A stretch of 64,000 nt of DNA. Origin: Candidatus Saccharimonadia bacterium. Its GTDB lineage: Bacteria > Patescibacteriota > Saccharimonadia > UBA4664. Within the stretch, counting starts at the first letter, position 1. Each line of letters opens with the position of its first letter. The notes under the pieces are model-generated. The model worked only from the letters and a program-made list of their open reading frames with translations, was not told the origin of the DNA and did not search any database. The stretch covers positions 65,010-129,009 of the forward strand of contig DATIIV010000012.1 in assembly GCA_035479295.1 (NCBI GenBank), given 5' to 3'. The position numbers were made by a program, and so were the translations under genes. Shown here piece after piece: positions 42,915 through 52,362 of the stretch.

Positions 42915-42966
42915 GTTGTATCCTACAACCATTTCGCTCCCGTGAAGGAGGTTGTATAGTACAACC
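42915..42966. promoter_or_regulatory. two copies of a GTTGTA-N3-TACAAC palindrome (putative operator pair)
   Basis: GTTGTATCCTACAAC at 42915-42929 and GTTGTATAGTACAAC at 42951-42965, with centres 36 bp apart. They sit in the divergent intergenic region between 42419..42847 (-) and ndh (+). Confidence 0.5.
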
Positions 42967-43052
42967 TTTTGGCAAACTAGGCTCGATAGTCTGGCCGCCT
43001 ACGCCGCAGCAACGGTAGACGCCGCCAGCTATACCGCCTATGATGGGACGTA

Positions 43053-44252
43053 ATGACAGACGCGAAGCCTAAAACGAATGTAGTGGTGGTGGGCGGCGGC
43101 TTTGGCGGCGTGCGGGCGGCCCGAGGCCTGGCGCGGCAGCCCGGGGTGAGCGTTACGCTCATTTCGAGCCATACTCATTTTGCCTACTACCCGCAGCTCT
43201 ACCATGCGGCCACCGGCGGTGTGCGCAGCGAGGCGGCTCTGCGCCTGGGCGAACTGCTAGCTGGAGTGCCGGTGCGATTGGTGCACGACACTGCCACCAC
43301 CTTTGATCCCGAGGCGCGTACGGTCACGACGGCCAGCGGCACGGTTTATCCCTACGATGAGCTAGTATTGGCTTTGGGTAGCGTTACTAATTACTTTGGC
43401 ATCGAGGGGCTCCAAGAATTTTCGTACGATATTAAGACGATCGACGGAGCCGAGCGATTTAAGCGCCACCTGCACGATCAATTGATTGCCGAGCAACGGC
43501 CGGAGCTGCACTACGTGATCGTGGGCGGCGGCCCTACCGGCATCGAGCTGGCGGCGGCGCTCAGCCAGTATGTTGGCCAGATTGTGGCGCAGCATGGGGT
43601 GCGGCGACCCAAGTACCAGGTGGATCTGGTGGAGGGCGCGCCGCGGTTGCTGCCGCGCCTGCCCGAGGCCTTTGCCCGGCGCATTCAGCGGCAGCTGGAG
43701 CGGCTGGGCGTGCGCGTCATGACCGGCGCGGTGGTGGAGGCCGAGACGGCCGAGACGCTGCGGCTCAAGGGTCAGTCCATTACCAGCCACACCGTGGTGT
43801 GGACGGCCGGGGTGAGCAATAATCCCTTCTTTGCCGACAATGCGGCGCACTTTAATCTGGCCAAGAACCATCGAGTGGAGGTGAACGAGCAGCTGGAGGC
43901 GCGGCCGCACGTGTATGTCATTGGCGATAATGCTAACACCCAGTACGCCGGCCTGGCCCAGACGGCGCTCGACAACGCCGACTTTGTGGTGGCTGATGTG
44001 GCGCGTAAGCGACGGCGGGTGGCGCGCTCAGCCTATCGCCCCAAGGCACCGATCACGGTGATCCCGGTGGGCACCGGCTGGGCGGCGGTGCAGTGGGGCG
44101 GCCTGCAATTATTTGGCTATGTCGGCTGGATCCTGCGCCGTTTGGCCGACCTGGTCGGTTACGCCGACGTGGAGAGCTGGCCGCGAGCCCTGGGCGTGTG
44201 GCTGCGTGACGGCCGCCACGAGGATCAGTGCGCCATCTGCGACCATACCTAG
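43053..44252 (+). CDS. ndh: type II NADH dehydrogenase (NDH-2) / FAD-dependent pyridine nucleotide-disulfide oxidoreductase
   Basis: First Rossmann motif VVVVGGGFGGVRAA, second VIVGGGPTGIELAA, and the C-terminal VIGDNA motif. Confidence 0.8.
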   Translation: MTDAKPKTNVVVVGGGFGGVRAARGLARQPGVSVTLISSHTHFAYYPQLYHAATGGVRSEAALRLGELLAGVPVRLVHDTATTFDPEARTVTTASGTVYPYDELVLALGSVTNYFGIEGLQEFSYDIKTIDGAERFKRHLHDQLIAEQRPELHYVIVGGGPTGIELAAALSQYVGQIVAQHGVRRPKYQVDLVEGAPRLLPRLPEAFARRIQRQLERLGVRVMTGAVVEAETAETLRLKGQSITSHTVVWTAGVSNNPFFADNAAHFNLAKNHRVEVNEQLEARPHVYVIGDNANTQYAGLAQTALDNADFVVADVARKRRRVARSAYRPKAPITVIPVGTGWAAVQWGGLQLFGYVGWILRRLADLVGYADVESWPRALGVWLRDGRHEDQCAICDHT

Positions 44253-44328
44253 GCGGGGCGACCACCCAAGAGTATAGTAATTGAGGCCTGCCGCCGGCAG
44301 GTTTTTCGGCTCGTCGAAAAGAGGTGGC

Positions 44329-44910
44329 ATGCAGGAGTTAGCGGTTAAGTGGCGCTGGCTATGGCGCAGCAAGGTAGCCTGGCGCGATCTGCCTTGGGCC
44401 AAGCTGGCTCGAGTTGTGGCGCAGGCCTGGTGGGACGGTCCGCGCGCCGACAGCCTCAAGGCCATCGGAGAGGCCGGCTGCGTGGCTGTGTTCTGCTCGT
44501 CGCAGCGAGCCAATCAGGGTATGGCGCAGTACATGACCCAGGCCGATCCAGACATCTTGCAGGCGCTCACCTGGTATGTGTCGCCGGAGGTGCTCTGGCT
44601 ATTTAGCCACTACGGCTCGGTTGAAGATACTGTTCCGTTGCTTGAGTCGCCCAGCCCAGGTACGCATGAGGGAACGGCCTGGGTAACCGAGCGTATGCGA
44701 GAGCAGGATGAAGTGATCGTGGCAGTAGTAGCTGCGCCGTGCCACCTGCCACGCATTCGGGCCTGTTTCGAGACGCTGGGGGTACGGGTGGTGGTGCCGC
44801 GCGGCCTACGCTCTATCGGCTGGTCCGACTACCCGCTGCACTGGCTGAAATGGCGACTGCGCGAGATCGTGGTGGTCCTGGCCTACGCTCGGCAGGGCTA
44901 CATTCGCTAG
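44329..44910 (+). CDS. DUF218 (YdcF/ElyC/SanA-like) domain protein
   Basis: ATG at 44329 follows AGAGGTGG. The segment VIVAVVAAPCHLPRIRACFETLGVRVV resembles the DUF218 (V)T...H..R....F...G pattern. Confidence 0.5.
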   Translation: MQELAVKWRWLWRSKVAWRDLPWAKLARVVAQAWWDGPRADSLKAIGEAGCVAVFCSSQRANQGMAQYMTQADPDILQALTWYVSPEVLWLFSHYGSVEDTVPLLESPSPGTHEGTAWVTERMREQDEVIVAVVAAPCHLPRIRACFETLGVRVVVPRGLRSIGWSDYPLHWLKWRLREIVVVLAYARQGYIR

Positions 44911-44979
44911 ATATTTACGGCAGTGGAACGGCCAGATTGCTGGGCCGTTCCACTGCTTAGCTCGCTAAAGCGCGCCAAA

Positions 44980-46242
44980 ATGCGATTAATCAGGCATAAT
45001 CATATAATGAACAATCCCGCTATCTCGCGTCTCACCTGGCTCGTTTATCTACAGCAGTTCACTAGCGAGTGCATGCCGATCTACCCGTTCTACGCCATTA
45101 TGTTTGTGCAGCGTAGTGGGCTGAGTGTGGCGCAGGTGAGCGCGCTCTTTGCGATCTGGATTCTGGTGGCCCTGGTCAGCGAGATCCCGACCGGGTTGCT
45201 GGCCGATCGCTTCTCGCGGCGGTCGGTTCTAGTGGTCTCTAAATTAATGCAGGCCGCCGCCTTCTTGACCTGGTGGCTCTATCCTGGATTCACTGGTTAT
45301 GCAGTCGGTTTTGTGCTGTGGGGCGTGGGTTATGCCTTTAACTCGGGGGCGTTTCAGGCTTACGTTTACGAGGAGATGGCGGCGCTTGGGGCGATCAAGC
45401 AGTTTACCAAGGTCTTTAGCCGCTCGCAGAGTCTCGCTCTCGTAGGCATGGTAGTAGCCTACGCGGGCGCTAGCCTGGTTGGCTCGCGCAATTACGCGGT
45501 CTTGCTGATCTCGAGCCTGGTCATTAGTCTGTTGTCGGCGGCCGTGGCAGCGGCTTTTCCGGCCGAGACCAGGCGTCATACGCCCAGCGAGGCCAAGAAG
45601 CTGGCCGGCCTGCGCAGTACTCTGGCCGAGGTGGCGAGCTCACCACTGCTGCAGCGGCTGGTTATTAGTGTGGCCATCGTGGTGGCTATTGGCTCGGCGC
45701 TCGAGGAGTACGTGCCGCTGTATTACCAGACCATGGGCGCGGTCGATCGGTTTATTCCTGGGCTACTCATCATTGGTCTGGCGCTCTCGGCCTACCTGTC
45801 GTGGCGGGTCGATAAGCTGGAGCGGCTGGGTGCTCAGTGGCGGGCATTATTGGTAGTGGTAGCAGGTGCGGCCGTGCTGGTTACTAGCTATGCGGGCGGG
45901 GCACTGGCGATTATTGGTCTGTTTACCTTTATGCGCTTAATTAATGTTACGAAATTGCTTTACGAAGCGTCATTGCAGCATAGTGTGGCCGGTCCGAGCC
46001 GGGCTACGATTAGCTCACTGCCTACATTTATCGCTGAATGCTTGTCGTTGGCACTAGTGGCAGTGTATGGTTGGGCCTCGCGGTTTGGCGGTAATGTCGG
46101 CTCCATGCGAGTAATCGGCGGCATTGTGATCGGGCTGGGTGGAGTGATGGCGCTGGTGTGGTTACGGCGGAGCTTGCCTCAGCCGGGGCCAGCGGCGGCT
46201 CCTGTTGTGAGCGCCACCGATGAAATGCATGATAAGTTTTAG
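44980..46242 (+). CDS. MFS-type transporter
   Basis: About 12 hydrophobic helices. The loop 2-3 motif GLLADRFSRR is MFS-like. Start is ATG 44980 or 45007. Confidence 0.75.
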   Translation: MRLIRHNHIMNNPAISRLTWLVYLQQFTSECMPIYPFYAIMFVQRSGLSVAQVSALFAIWILVALVSEIPTGLLADRFSRRSVLVVSKLMQAAAFLTWWLYPGFTGYAVGFVLWGVGYAFNSGAFQAYVYEEMAALGAIKQFTKVFSRSQSLALVGMVVAYAGASLVGSRNYAVLLISSLVISLLSAAVAAAFPAETRRHTPSEAKKLAGLRSTLAEVASSPLLQRLVISVAIVVAIGSALEEYVPLYYQTMGAVDRFIPGLLIIGLALSAYLSWRVDKLERLGAQWRALLVVVAGAAVLVTSYAGGALAIIGLFTFMRLINVTKLLYEASLQHSVAGPSRATISSLPTFIAECLSLALVAVYGWASRFGGNVGSMRVIGGIVIGLGGVMALVWLRRSLPQPGPAAAPVVSATDEMHDKF

Positions 46243-46256
46243 GGTAGAATAGAGGT

Positions 46257-48107
46257 GTGTTGAAGCTAGCTTGGTCAGAGAATTATCGTCGATTAACAGG
46301 TGTGGCGCTGTATGCGCTGCTGGCCTTGGTGCTGTTTGTGGTAGGGCAGGGGGCAGCGGTTCAGGTTGTGTTGCTGGTGGGCTCACTGGTGGCGGTCAGT
46401 CCGCTCATCGTTGACATGATTAAAGAGGTTCGCGGCGGCAATTATGGCATTGATCTGCTAGCCGTAACGGCGATTCTGGCCTCGCTGGCGCTGCACGAAT
46501 TTTTGGTAGCTACGGTGATTTTGCTAATGCTGACCGGCGGTGAGGCGCTCGAGGCTTATGCGCAGGAGCACGCCAAAAAGGAATTGAGTGATCTGCTCGA
46601 TCGGGCGCCCAAGACGGCTCATCGCTACGACGGCGATGAGCTGCATGACGTGCCGGTGAACCAGGTGCGGGTGGGTGATCGGCTACTGATTAAGCCGGGC
46701 GAGACGGTGCCGGTGGACGCGGTGGTGATCGACGGCGCCTCGAGCTTTGACGAGGCGGCCATTACTGGCGAGAGCCTGCCGGTGGACAAGGCGGTGGGGC
46801 AGGACGTGGTGAGCGGGTCGGTGAATACCACTCGGCCGGTGACCGTGACGGCCAGCCACACGAGCGCCGAGAGCCAGTACCAGCAGATCGTACAGCTGGT
46901 GCGCCAGGCGGCCTCGAGCCGCAGCCCGCTGGTGCGCCTGGCCGATCGCTACAGCGTGCCGTTTACGATCATTAGCCTAGGGCTGGCGGGCGTGGCTTGG
47001 GCCTTAAGCGGCCAGGCCTTGCGGGCGCTAGAGGTGCTGGTTGTGGCGACGCCCTGCCCACTGCTGCTGGCGACGCCGGTGGCGATCGTCTCGGGCATGA
47101 GTCGGGCGGCGCGCCATGGCATTATCGTTAAGAGCGGTGCGGCGCTGGAGCAGTTGGCGCGGCTGCGGGCGGTGGCGTTTGACAAGACGGGCACATTGAC
47201 CAAGGGCGAGCCCAAAGTTGATCGAGTTAAGCCGGTGGCTGGCGGTGATGAAGCGGAGCTGCTAGCTACTCTGGCGGCGCTCGAGCAATCATCCAATCAC
47301 ATCTTGGCCCAAGCGGTGGTAGCGGCGGCTCAGGCGCGCGGCCTCAAGCTGCCAGCCAAGGTGGAGCAACTCAGGGAGGAGCCGGGCAGTGGCTTGGTGG
47401 CTACGGTGGATGGCCGCGTGGTGGTGGCCGGCCGGCCGCAGTGGCTGCAGAGCCATGGGGTAGAGTTGCCGGCCGGCCTGCCCACCGACCAGACGGTGGC
47501 GCACGTAGCCATCGCTGGCCGTTACGCCGGCTCGGTTAGCTTTGCCGACCAGGTGCGGCCGGAGACCAAGGCTACGCTGCGCGAGCTGGCCGACCTGGGC
47601 ATTCGCAAAACGCTCATGCTCACCGGCGACCAGGCCGGCGTCGCCCGGCGCATCGCTCACCAGGTCGGCCTCACCGACGTGCAGGCCGAGCTGCGGCCGG
47701 CGGCCAAACTGGCTGCCATTAAGGCGCTAGAGGCACACCACCAGCCGGCCGCCATGGTCGGCGACGGCGTCAACGACGCGCCCACCCTAGCCGCCGCCGA
47801 CGTCGGCATCGCCCTGGGTGCCCGCGGCTCCACCGCCGCCAGCGAGTCGGCCGACGTCGTCATCATGCTCGACGACCTGGCGCGCGTGCCGCTGGCCATC
47901 CACATCGCCCGCCGCGCTATCCTCATCGCCAACCAGAGTATCCTGGTCGGCATCGGCCTCAGCATTGTGCTTATGCTTATCGCCATGACCGGCGTTATCC
48001 CGCCGGTGTACGGCGCCCTGCTGCAAGAGGCGGTGGACGTGGCCGTCATCTTGAATGCGTTGCGGGCGCGGTCGGGGCGATTAGTGGGGCGAAAACAGGT
48101 CAGCTAG
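46257..48107 (+). CDS. P1B-type heavy-metal-translocating ATPase without N-terminal metal-binding domain
   Basis: TGES (AITGESLP), a TM6 PCP motif (VVATPCPLLLATP), phosphorylation site DKTGTLT, and hinge GDGVNDAP. There is no CxxC N-terminal domain. Start is GTG 46257 or TTG 46260. Confidence 0.9.
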   Translation: MLKLAWSENYRRLTGVALYALLALVLFVVGQGAAVQVVLLVGSLVAVSPLIVDMIKEVRGGNYGIDLLAVTAILASLALHEFLVATVILLMLTGGEALEAYAQEHAKKELSDLLDRAPKTAHRYDGDELHDVPVNQVRVGDRLLIKPGETVPVDAVVIDGASSFDEAAITGESLPVDKAVGQDVVSGSVNTTRPVTVTASHTSAESQYQQIVQLVRQAASSRSPLVRLADRYSVPFTIISLGLAGVAWALSGQALRALEVLVVATPCPLLLATPVAIVSGMSRAARHGIIVKSGAALEQLARLRAVAFDKTGTLTKGEPKVDRVKPVAGGDEAELLATLAALEQSSNHILAQAVVAAAQARGLKLPAKVEQLREEPGSGLVATVDGRVVVAGRPQWLQSHGVELPAGLPTDQTVAHVAIAGRYAGSVSFADQVRPETKATLRELADLGIRKTLMLTGDQAGVARRIAHQVGLTDVQAELRPAAKLAAIKALEAHHQPAAMVGDGVNDAPTLAAADVGIALGARGSTAASESADVVIMLDDLARVPLAIHIARRAILIANQSILVGIGLSIVLMLIAMTGVIPPVYGALLQEAVDVAVILNALRARSGRLVGRKQVS

Positions 48108-48268
48108 GCGTCGCGCTTCGTTAAAAACCCAGCAAGCTCTAACGTGCTCAATTATCTGTCTCCTTTGCCAATAAAATCATCATCCACAAACGCCTCAAGC
48201 CCATGATGGGTCTAGGCATATTGGCTGTGCGCTTGAGTTTAGCAAGCATAAGTACAAATTAATGGTTA

Positions 48269-48299
48269 GCGCACCGGCAGCAGATCGCCGCCGGTGCGC
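48269..48299 (-). terminator. hairpin terminator downstream of 48312..48695
   Basis: GCGCACCGGC-(11 nt)-GCCGGTGCGC: a 10-bp stem directly after the minus-strand stop, followed by AT-rich sequence. Confidence 0.55.
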
Positions 48300-48311
48300 G
48301 ACACCTCGGGT

Positions 48312-48695
48312 TTAGCCCAGAAGACGTTCCATCTGCGCCCGTGCCGAGTCGGACAACTTCAACTCCTCGACGACGATGTCCTCGTGGGTGGCAATCATCT
48401 CTCTGTCCGCTAGGAACTTCCCGGCGGGCCCGTGCTGATTGTGAGGGTACTCACAGGCCACGACGATGTAGTCGACACCGAAGGTCCCTACCCCTATGCG
48501 CGCCGTCATGGTGTAGACGGCGGGGCCGATGTCGACCGAGACGTAGTATCGATTGTCGTCTGTCTGGTTGTTGGGGCGCCAGGTGTAGTCGCAGAGAGCA
48601 ACCAGGCTCCCAACGCAGGGCGGCGGCAGTTGCTTCAGCCAGTCGTGCGCCAAGGGACGCGGGACGCGGGCAACGTAACCCCTGTACCTTTCCAT
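48312..48695 (-). CDS. hypothetical protein
   Basis: 127-aa ORF with balanced composition, followed by a terminator. No family is recognised. Confidence 0.5.
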   Translation of the reverse strand: MERYRGYVARVPRPLAHDWLKQLPPPCVGSLVALCDYTWRPNNQTDDNRYYVSVDIGPAVYTMTARIGVGTFGVDYIVVACEYPHNQHGPAGKFLADREMIATHEDIVVEELKLSDSARAQMERLLG

Positions 48696-48770
48696 TGAAT
48701 CTCCAAGAAACGAACGGCTTGGTGCCAGAGAGGACGATGACAGATTCTAATAAGTCTGTCAAGAATCAAG

Positions 48771-49340
48771 CTACGACGACGCCATCACCTTGCGGCGATG
48801 TGCCGCCACTCGCTCCCGAGTTGCACAGCGGGGCGAACAATAGTTGCGGCCACCGCCCTTGCCGAGATCAATGAACGGCCGCTCACATGTGGTAGCGGCG
48901 CATATGCCGCCAGGGCTACGCTGCTTGTCTGCCAGAAGTAGGGCCAGTGCTAAAGCCGAGGATGCTGCAAACCACTCCGCCCAGGGGGCATGATCATTGC
49001 TATCCACATGCAGGTGCCAGGCAGAAGTATTGTGTGCGCTAAGTCGTGGTATCGCGGCGTACTCACTAAGAATCGCATTTAGTAGAGCTGCGATAACGCC
49101 GACATCTTGCGCAGTGAATACCGCATATAGCTTGTCTGATGCAGCTTTTAGGTCAACTAAATCGGCAGCGGCGACCTTGCTTTGCTCGCCGTAGCCCTCC
49201 AGGACTTTATTCAACTGGTCGCTCAGCGCTTGGGGATCAAGTTGCGCTTTATTTTGCAAAACAAACAAAACATCAGCCGCACGCTTTGCAGCATGCGTTG
49301 CAGAACCGAGCGGCAACATTGATGTATTTGTCTTTTCCAC
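48771..49340 (-). CDS. CGNR zinc-finger (ABATE-domain) putative regulator
   Basis: The C-terminal CAATTCERPFIDLGKGGGRNYCSPRCATRERVAAHRRK matches the C..C...F.D.S....R.(W/Y)CS..C(G/A)(N/T)R pattern. Divergent from an MFS gene. Confidence 0.75.
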   Translation of the reverse strand: MEKTNTSMLPLGSATHAAKRAADVLFVLQNKAQLDPQALSDQLNKVLEGYGEQSKVAAADLVDLKAASDKLYAVFTAQDVGVIAALLNAILSEYAAIPRLSAHNTSAWHLHVDSNDHAPWAEWFAASSALALALLLADKQRSPGGICAATTCERPFIDLGKGGGRNYCSPRCATRERVAAHRRKVMASS

Positions 49341-49363
49341 ATGCGTAATATATCATACGTAAC

Positions 49364-50551
49364 GTGAATAATAAAGAAATACGTTACAACCTAACACGCT
49401 ACCTGTTTGGTGCGCTGCCAGCTCGGCTTGGTGACGAAATGTCTGGCCAGGCAATTTTACTTATGGGACTTGCTGCGACACAGACCGTATTCCTCGGTTC
49501 TACATTACTTGCTGGGCTAACATTTTCAGCTGCTCTTGGCGGTCCATTGCTTGGAGCTATTTTAGACCGCGCCCAACAGCCGGGCAGGGTTTTAGCCGGA
49601 GCATTGGGTCTCTATGCTGGGCTCATCGCGCTCATCGCACTTTCGCTAGGGCATGTGCCGGTATGGGCTTCCATAGTGATAGCGTTAGCAGCCGGGTTCT
49701 TTATGCCTGCCATCTCCGGCGGCTGGTCATCGCGCCTAAAGTCGTTCGTTGCCGATGAACAGATGACCCGGGCGAGCGCGATTGATGCTACAACCTTTAA
49801 CATCGCTGGTCTCGTCGGGCCGGCGCTTGCCGGGTTGGTTGCAGCGATGCTTGGCGCTCACTGGGCGATTGCCGTTTTGGTGACACTGCTGGTCGCGGCG
49901 CTGCCTATGGCATGGCTGCTGCCCAAGCGTCCCAAATCGACCAAACAGTCTCACAATACTTCATTGTGGCGAGACATGAGCGATGGATTCAAAGTAATTA
50001 TCACAAATAAGGCTCTGTTTAGGATTACGCTAACGTCCCTCATCTCGTATATGGGAATCGGCATGCTGTGGGTGATCTGTCCCTTAGTTGGCAAAGAGGT
50101 GTTTGGCAATGCCGGATATGGTGGCGTTTTGATGTCCGTACTATCCATCGGCGCGCTCGTTGCGACTGTTGCTTATGCTAAGTGGCCTATGCGTTACAGC
50201 CCAGATGCTGTCGCTTTTGGAGCCACCCTAGCATTAGGTATTGCGATGCTCGTGCTAGCATTTGCTGGCAACATCATCATTACCCTGATTGCTATGTTGA
50301 TAGCCGGGCTAGCCGACGGCCCTCAGCTTGCAGCTATCTTTGCGGTGCGGCATCGTGAAGCGCCTGAGCGCTCACGGAGCCAAGTATTTACAACGGGCGC
50401 AAGTTTGAAGATTACGATGGCTGCTCTGGGTGCGGTCTTGGCCGGGCAACTGGCTGGCATTTCGCTCTTGGTTATGGTCCTTATTGCGGCTTTCGTCCAG
50501 ATTATGGCGGCAATCTCATTCGTCCTTTCCTCGCGAAGTTCAGCTCGCTAG
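49364..50551 (+). CDS. MFS-type transporter
   Basis: About 12 hydrophobic helices in 395 aa, divergently paired with the CGNR regulator. Confidence 0.75.
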   Translation: MNNKEIRYNLTRYLFGALPARLGDEMSGQAILLMGLAATQTVFLGSTLLAGLTFSAALGGPLLGAILDRAQQPGRVLAGALGLYAGLIALIALSLGHVPVWASIVIALAAGFFMPAISGGWSSRLKSFVADEQMTRASAIDATTFNIAGLVGPALAGLVAAMLGAHWAIAVLVTLLVAALPMAWLLPKRPKSTKQSHNTSLWRDMSDGFKVIITNKALFRITLTSLISYMGIGMLWVICPLVGKEVFGNAGYGGVLMSVLSIGALVATVAYAKWPMRYSPDAVAFGATLALGIAMLVLAFAGNIIITLIAMLIAGLADGPQLAAIFAVRHREAPERSRSQVFTTGASLKITMAALGAVLAGQLAGISLLVMVLIAAFVQIMAAISFVLSSRSSAR

Positions 50552-50678
50552 GATTAGTTAGCGATGTTTCGGGCTAAGCCTCGCACCATGAAGTTCAGAC
50601 ATGTCTTTACACTTGTTGCCAAATTAGCCATTCTCCCCCAAACATGCGATAATACAGCGCTATGAGCGAGCGTAATTT

Positions 50679-51461
50679 ATGACGAAATTGTTGGCTGGCA
50701 AGGATGTGGCCGGATTCATTCAGGAGCGCCACGCCCAGACGGTGCGAGGCCTTCTGGTTGCGCCCAAATTGGCGATTGTGCGCCAGGGCGCCACGCCGGC
50801 TACCGATGCCTATCTGCGCGTTAAGAAGCAGTACGGCGCCGATATCGGTGTGATGGTTGATACTTACACCGAGGCGCCGGCCGATCTGATGGCCCGCATT
50901 GCCGCGCTCAACGCCGACCCCAGCGTCACCGGTATTATCGTGCAGCTGCCGTTTGCCGATCAGCCGGACCTGGCTGAGCAAGCGCTGGCGGCGGTGGCGC
51001 CGGCCAAAGATGTGGACGGCCTGAGCCCCCACTCACCATTTGAGGCCGCCACTCCCAAGGCTATTCTGTGGCTGCTGGCGGCCTACAACGTTGACCTGAG
51101 TGGCCGCCGCATCGCCGTGGTGGGGCAGGGCCGGCTGGTCGGCGCGCCACTGGCCGACCGCCTCGACGCCAGTGGCCATGACGTGGCGCGCCTCGACGAG
51201 CACACACCCAACCTGGCCGCCGCCCTGCACGACGCCGGCGCTATTATCACCGCCACCGGCCAGCCCGGCCTCATCACCTCGGCCATGGTAGCCGACGGCG
51301 CCATCGTGGTCGACGCCGCCTCGCCCCGCAGCGACCTGGCCCGCGACCTCTTCGACCGCGCCGACCTCATCATCACGCCCAATCCCGGCGGCGTCGGCCC
51401 CATGACCGTGGCGTCATTATTCGACAATTTACTGATTGCGGCGCAGACTCGTCATCCCTAA
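50679..51461 (+). CDS. folD: bifunctional methylenetetrahydrofolate dehydrogenase/cyclohydrolase
   Basis: LLAGKDVA, YLRVKKQ...GI, GIIVQLPF, DVDGL, VVGQGRLVGAPLA, PGGVGPMT. Confidence 0.8.
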   Translation: MTKLLAGKDVAGFIQERHAQTVRGLLVAPKLAIVRQGATPATDAYLRVKKQYGADIGVMVDTYTEAPADLMARIAALNADPSVTGIIVQLPFADQPDLAEQALAAVAPAKDVDGLSPHSPFEAATPKAILWLLAAYNVDLSGRRIAVVGQGRLVGAPLADRLDASGHDVARLDEHTPNLAAALHDAGAIITATGQPGLITSAMVADGAIVVDAASPRSDLARDLFDRADLIITPNPGGVGPMTVASLFDNLLIAAQTRHP

Positions 51462-51912
51462 GCTATCTGTCTCTAGCTAAGGCAGCGCTCATATTGTAGT
51501 ATCGTTTCGGGCCAGGACCGCTAGGTTTTGGCCGCCATCTCCTAACTTACTCAGAGATGAGGTTAGTGTGTCGCGCCCTCGTTGGCCCTGAACCGCCACC
51601 CCCGCCCGAAACAGCTCAAGACTTGGAGGTAGAACTAGAGCCGGACCCCGATACGCTCTCGGCTCTCGACGGTCTGCCGCCGGGCGATCACGTCGCCTGG
51701 CTCGATGCCCATGATCCCAACGCTAGATAGGATCGAGATGTCGCATACCAAGGCACGCGGAACGGCCAACAATCCCCGACCGGGAAGTGAGAGGGGTGTG
51801 GGCTCCAGCCAGACCTCCACCTCCACTACCTCCTCCTCGGTCACCAAATAACAAGCATTCGCCTAGCGATTCTTCTCGCTGGTTGCCCGTCGGGCCTGGT
51901 GGCTCGGCCGGT

Positions 51913-52299
51913 CTAAACCTTCTTGGCTAGTAGCGCCTTTACCCGCTCCGTCACCTCTTTGGGCGTCATCTCGGCCTTCACAATGTAGTCGTCGGCGGCC
52001 ATTTTGTAGACGCGCGTGGCCGTCTCGGTGTCGCCCATGTTGGTTAGCACGACCACTTTAGCGTCGCGCCCATTGGCCTGAGAACGCAGCTTTTGCAGCA
52101 TCTCCAAGCCATTCATATTGGGCATCATCAAATCGAGCAAAATAATATCAGGTGCAAACGACTCAATTAATTCCAGTCCACCGGCGCCATCGCCGGCCGT
52201 GGCCACCTCGTAGCCCTCATTCTCAAACTTCACCCGATACATCTGCACGATCGCCATGTCGTCCTCGATGATCGCCACTTTGACTTTTTGGTCACTCAT
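51913..52299 (-). CDS. receiver-only response regulator
   Basis: VAIIEDD, IILLDLMMPNMNGLEML, VVVLTNM, DDYIVKAE. 128 aa. Confidence 0.9.
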   Translation of the reverse strand: MSDQKVKVAIIEDDMAIVQMYRVKFENEGYEVATAGDGAGGLELIESFAPDIILLDLMMPNMNGLEMLQKLRSQANGRDAKVVVLTNMGDTETATRVYKMAADDYIVKAEMTPKEVTERVKALLAKKV

Positions 52300-52362
52300 A
52301 TCTGTAGTTTATAACGCGATTTAACCATAAGCAATTATTTCTCAGCTAATTTGTAGCTGCTG

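Noticed and set aside
51462-51912. Candidate RNase P RNA, tmRNA, SRP RNA or 6S RNA in the long intergenic gap
   Set aside because: I could not find the conserved cores on either strand: GGAAAGTCCGGGC for RNase P, a tRNA-like GGTTCGA...CCA end for tmRNA, or the GGAAGGAAGCAGC-type helix 8 for SRP. The gap is kept only as an unexplained region.
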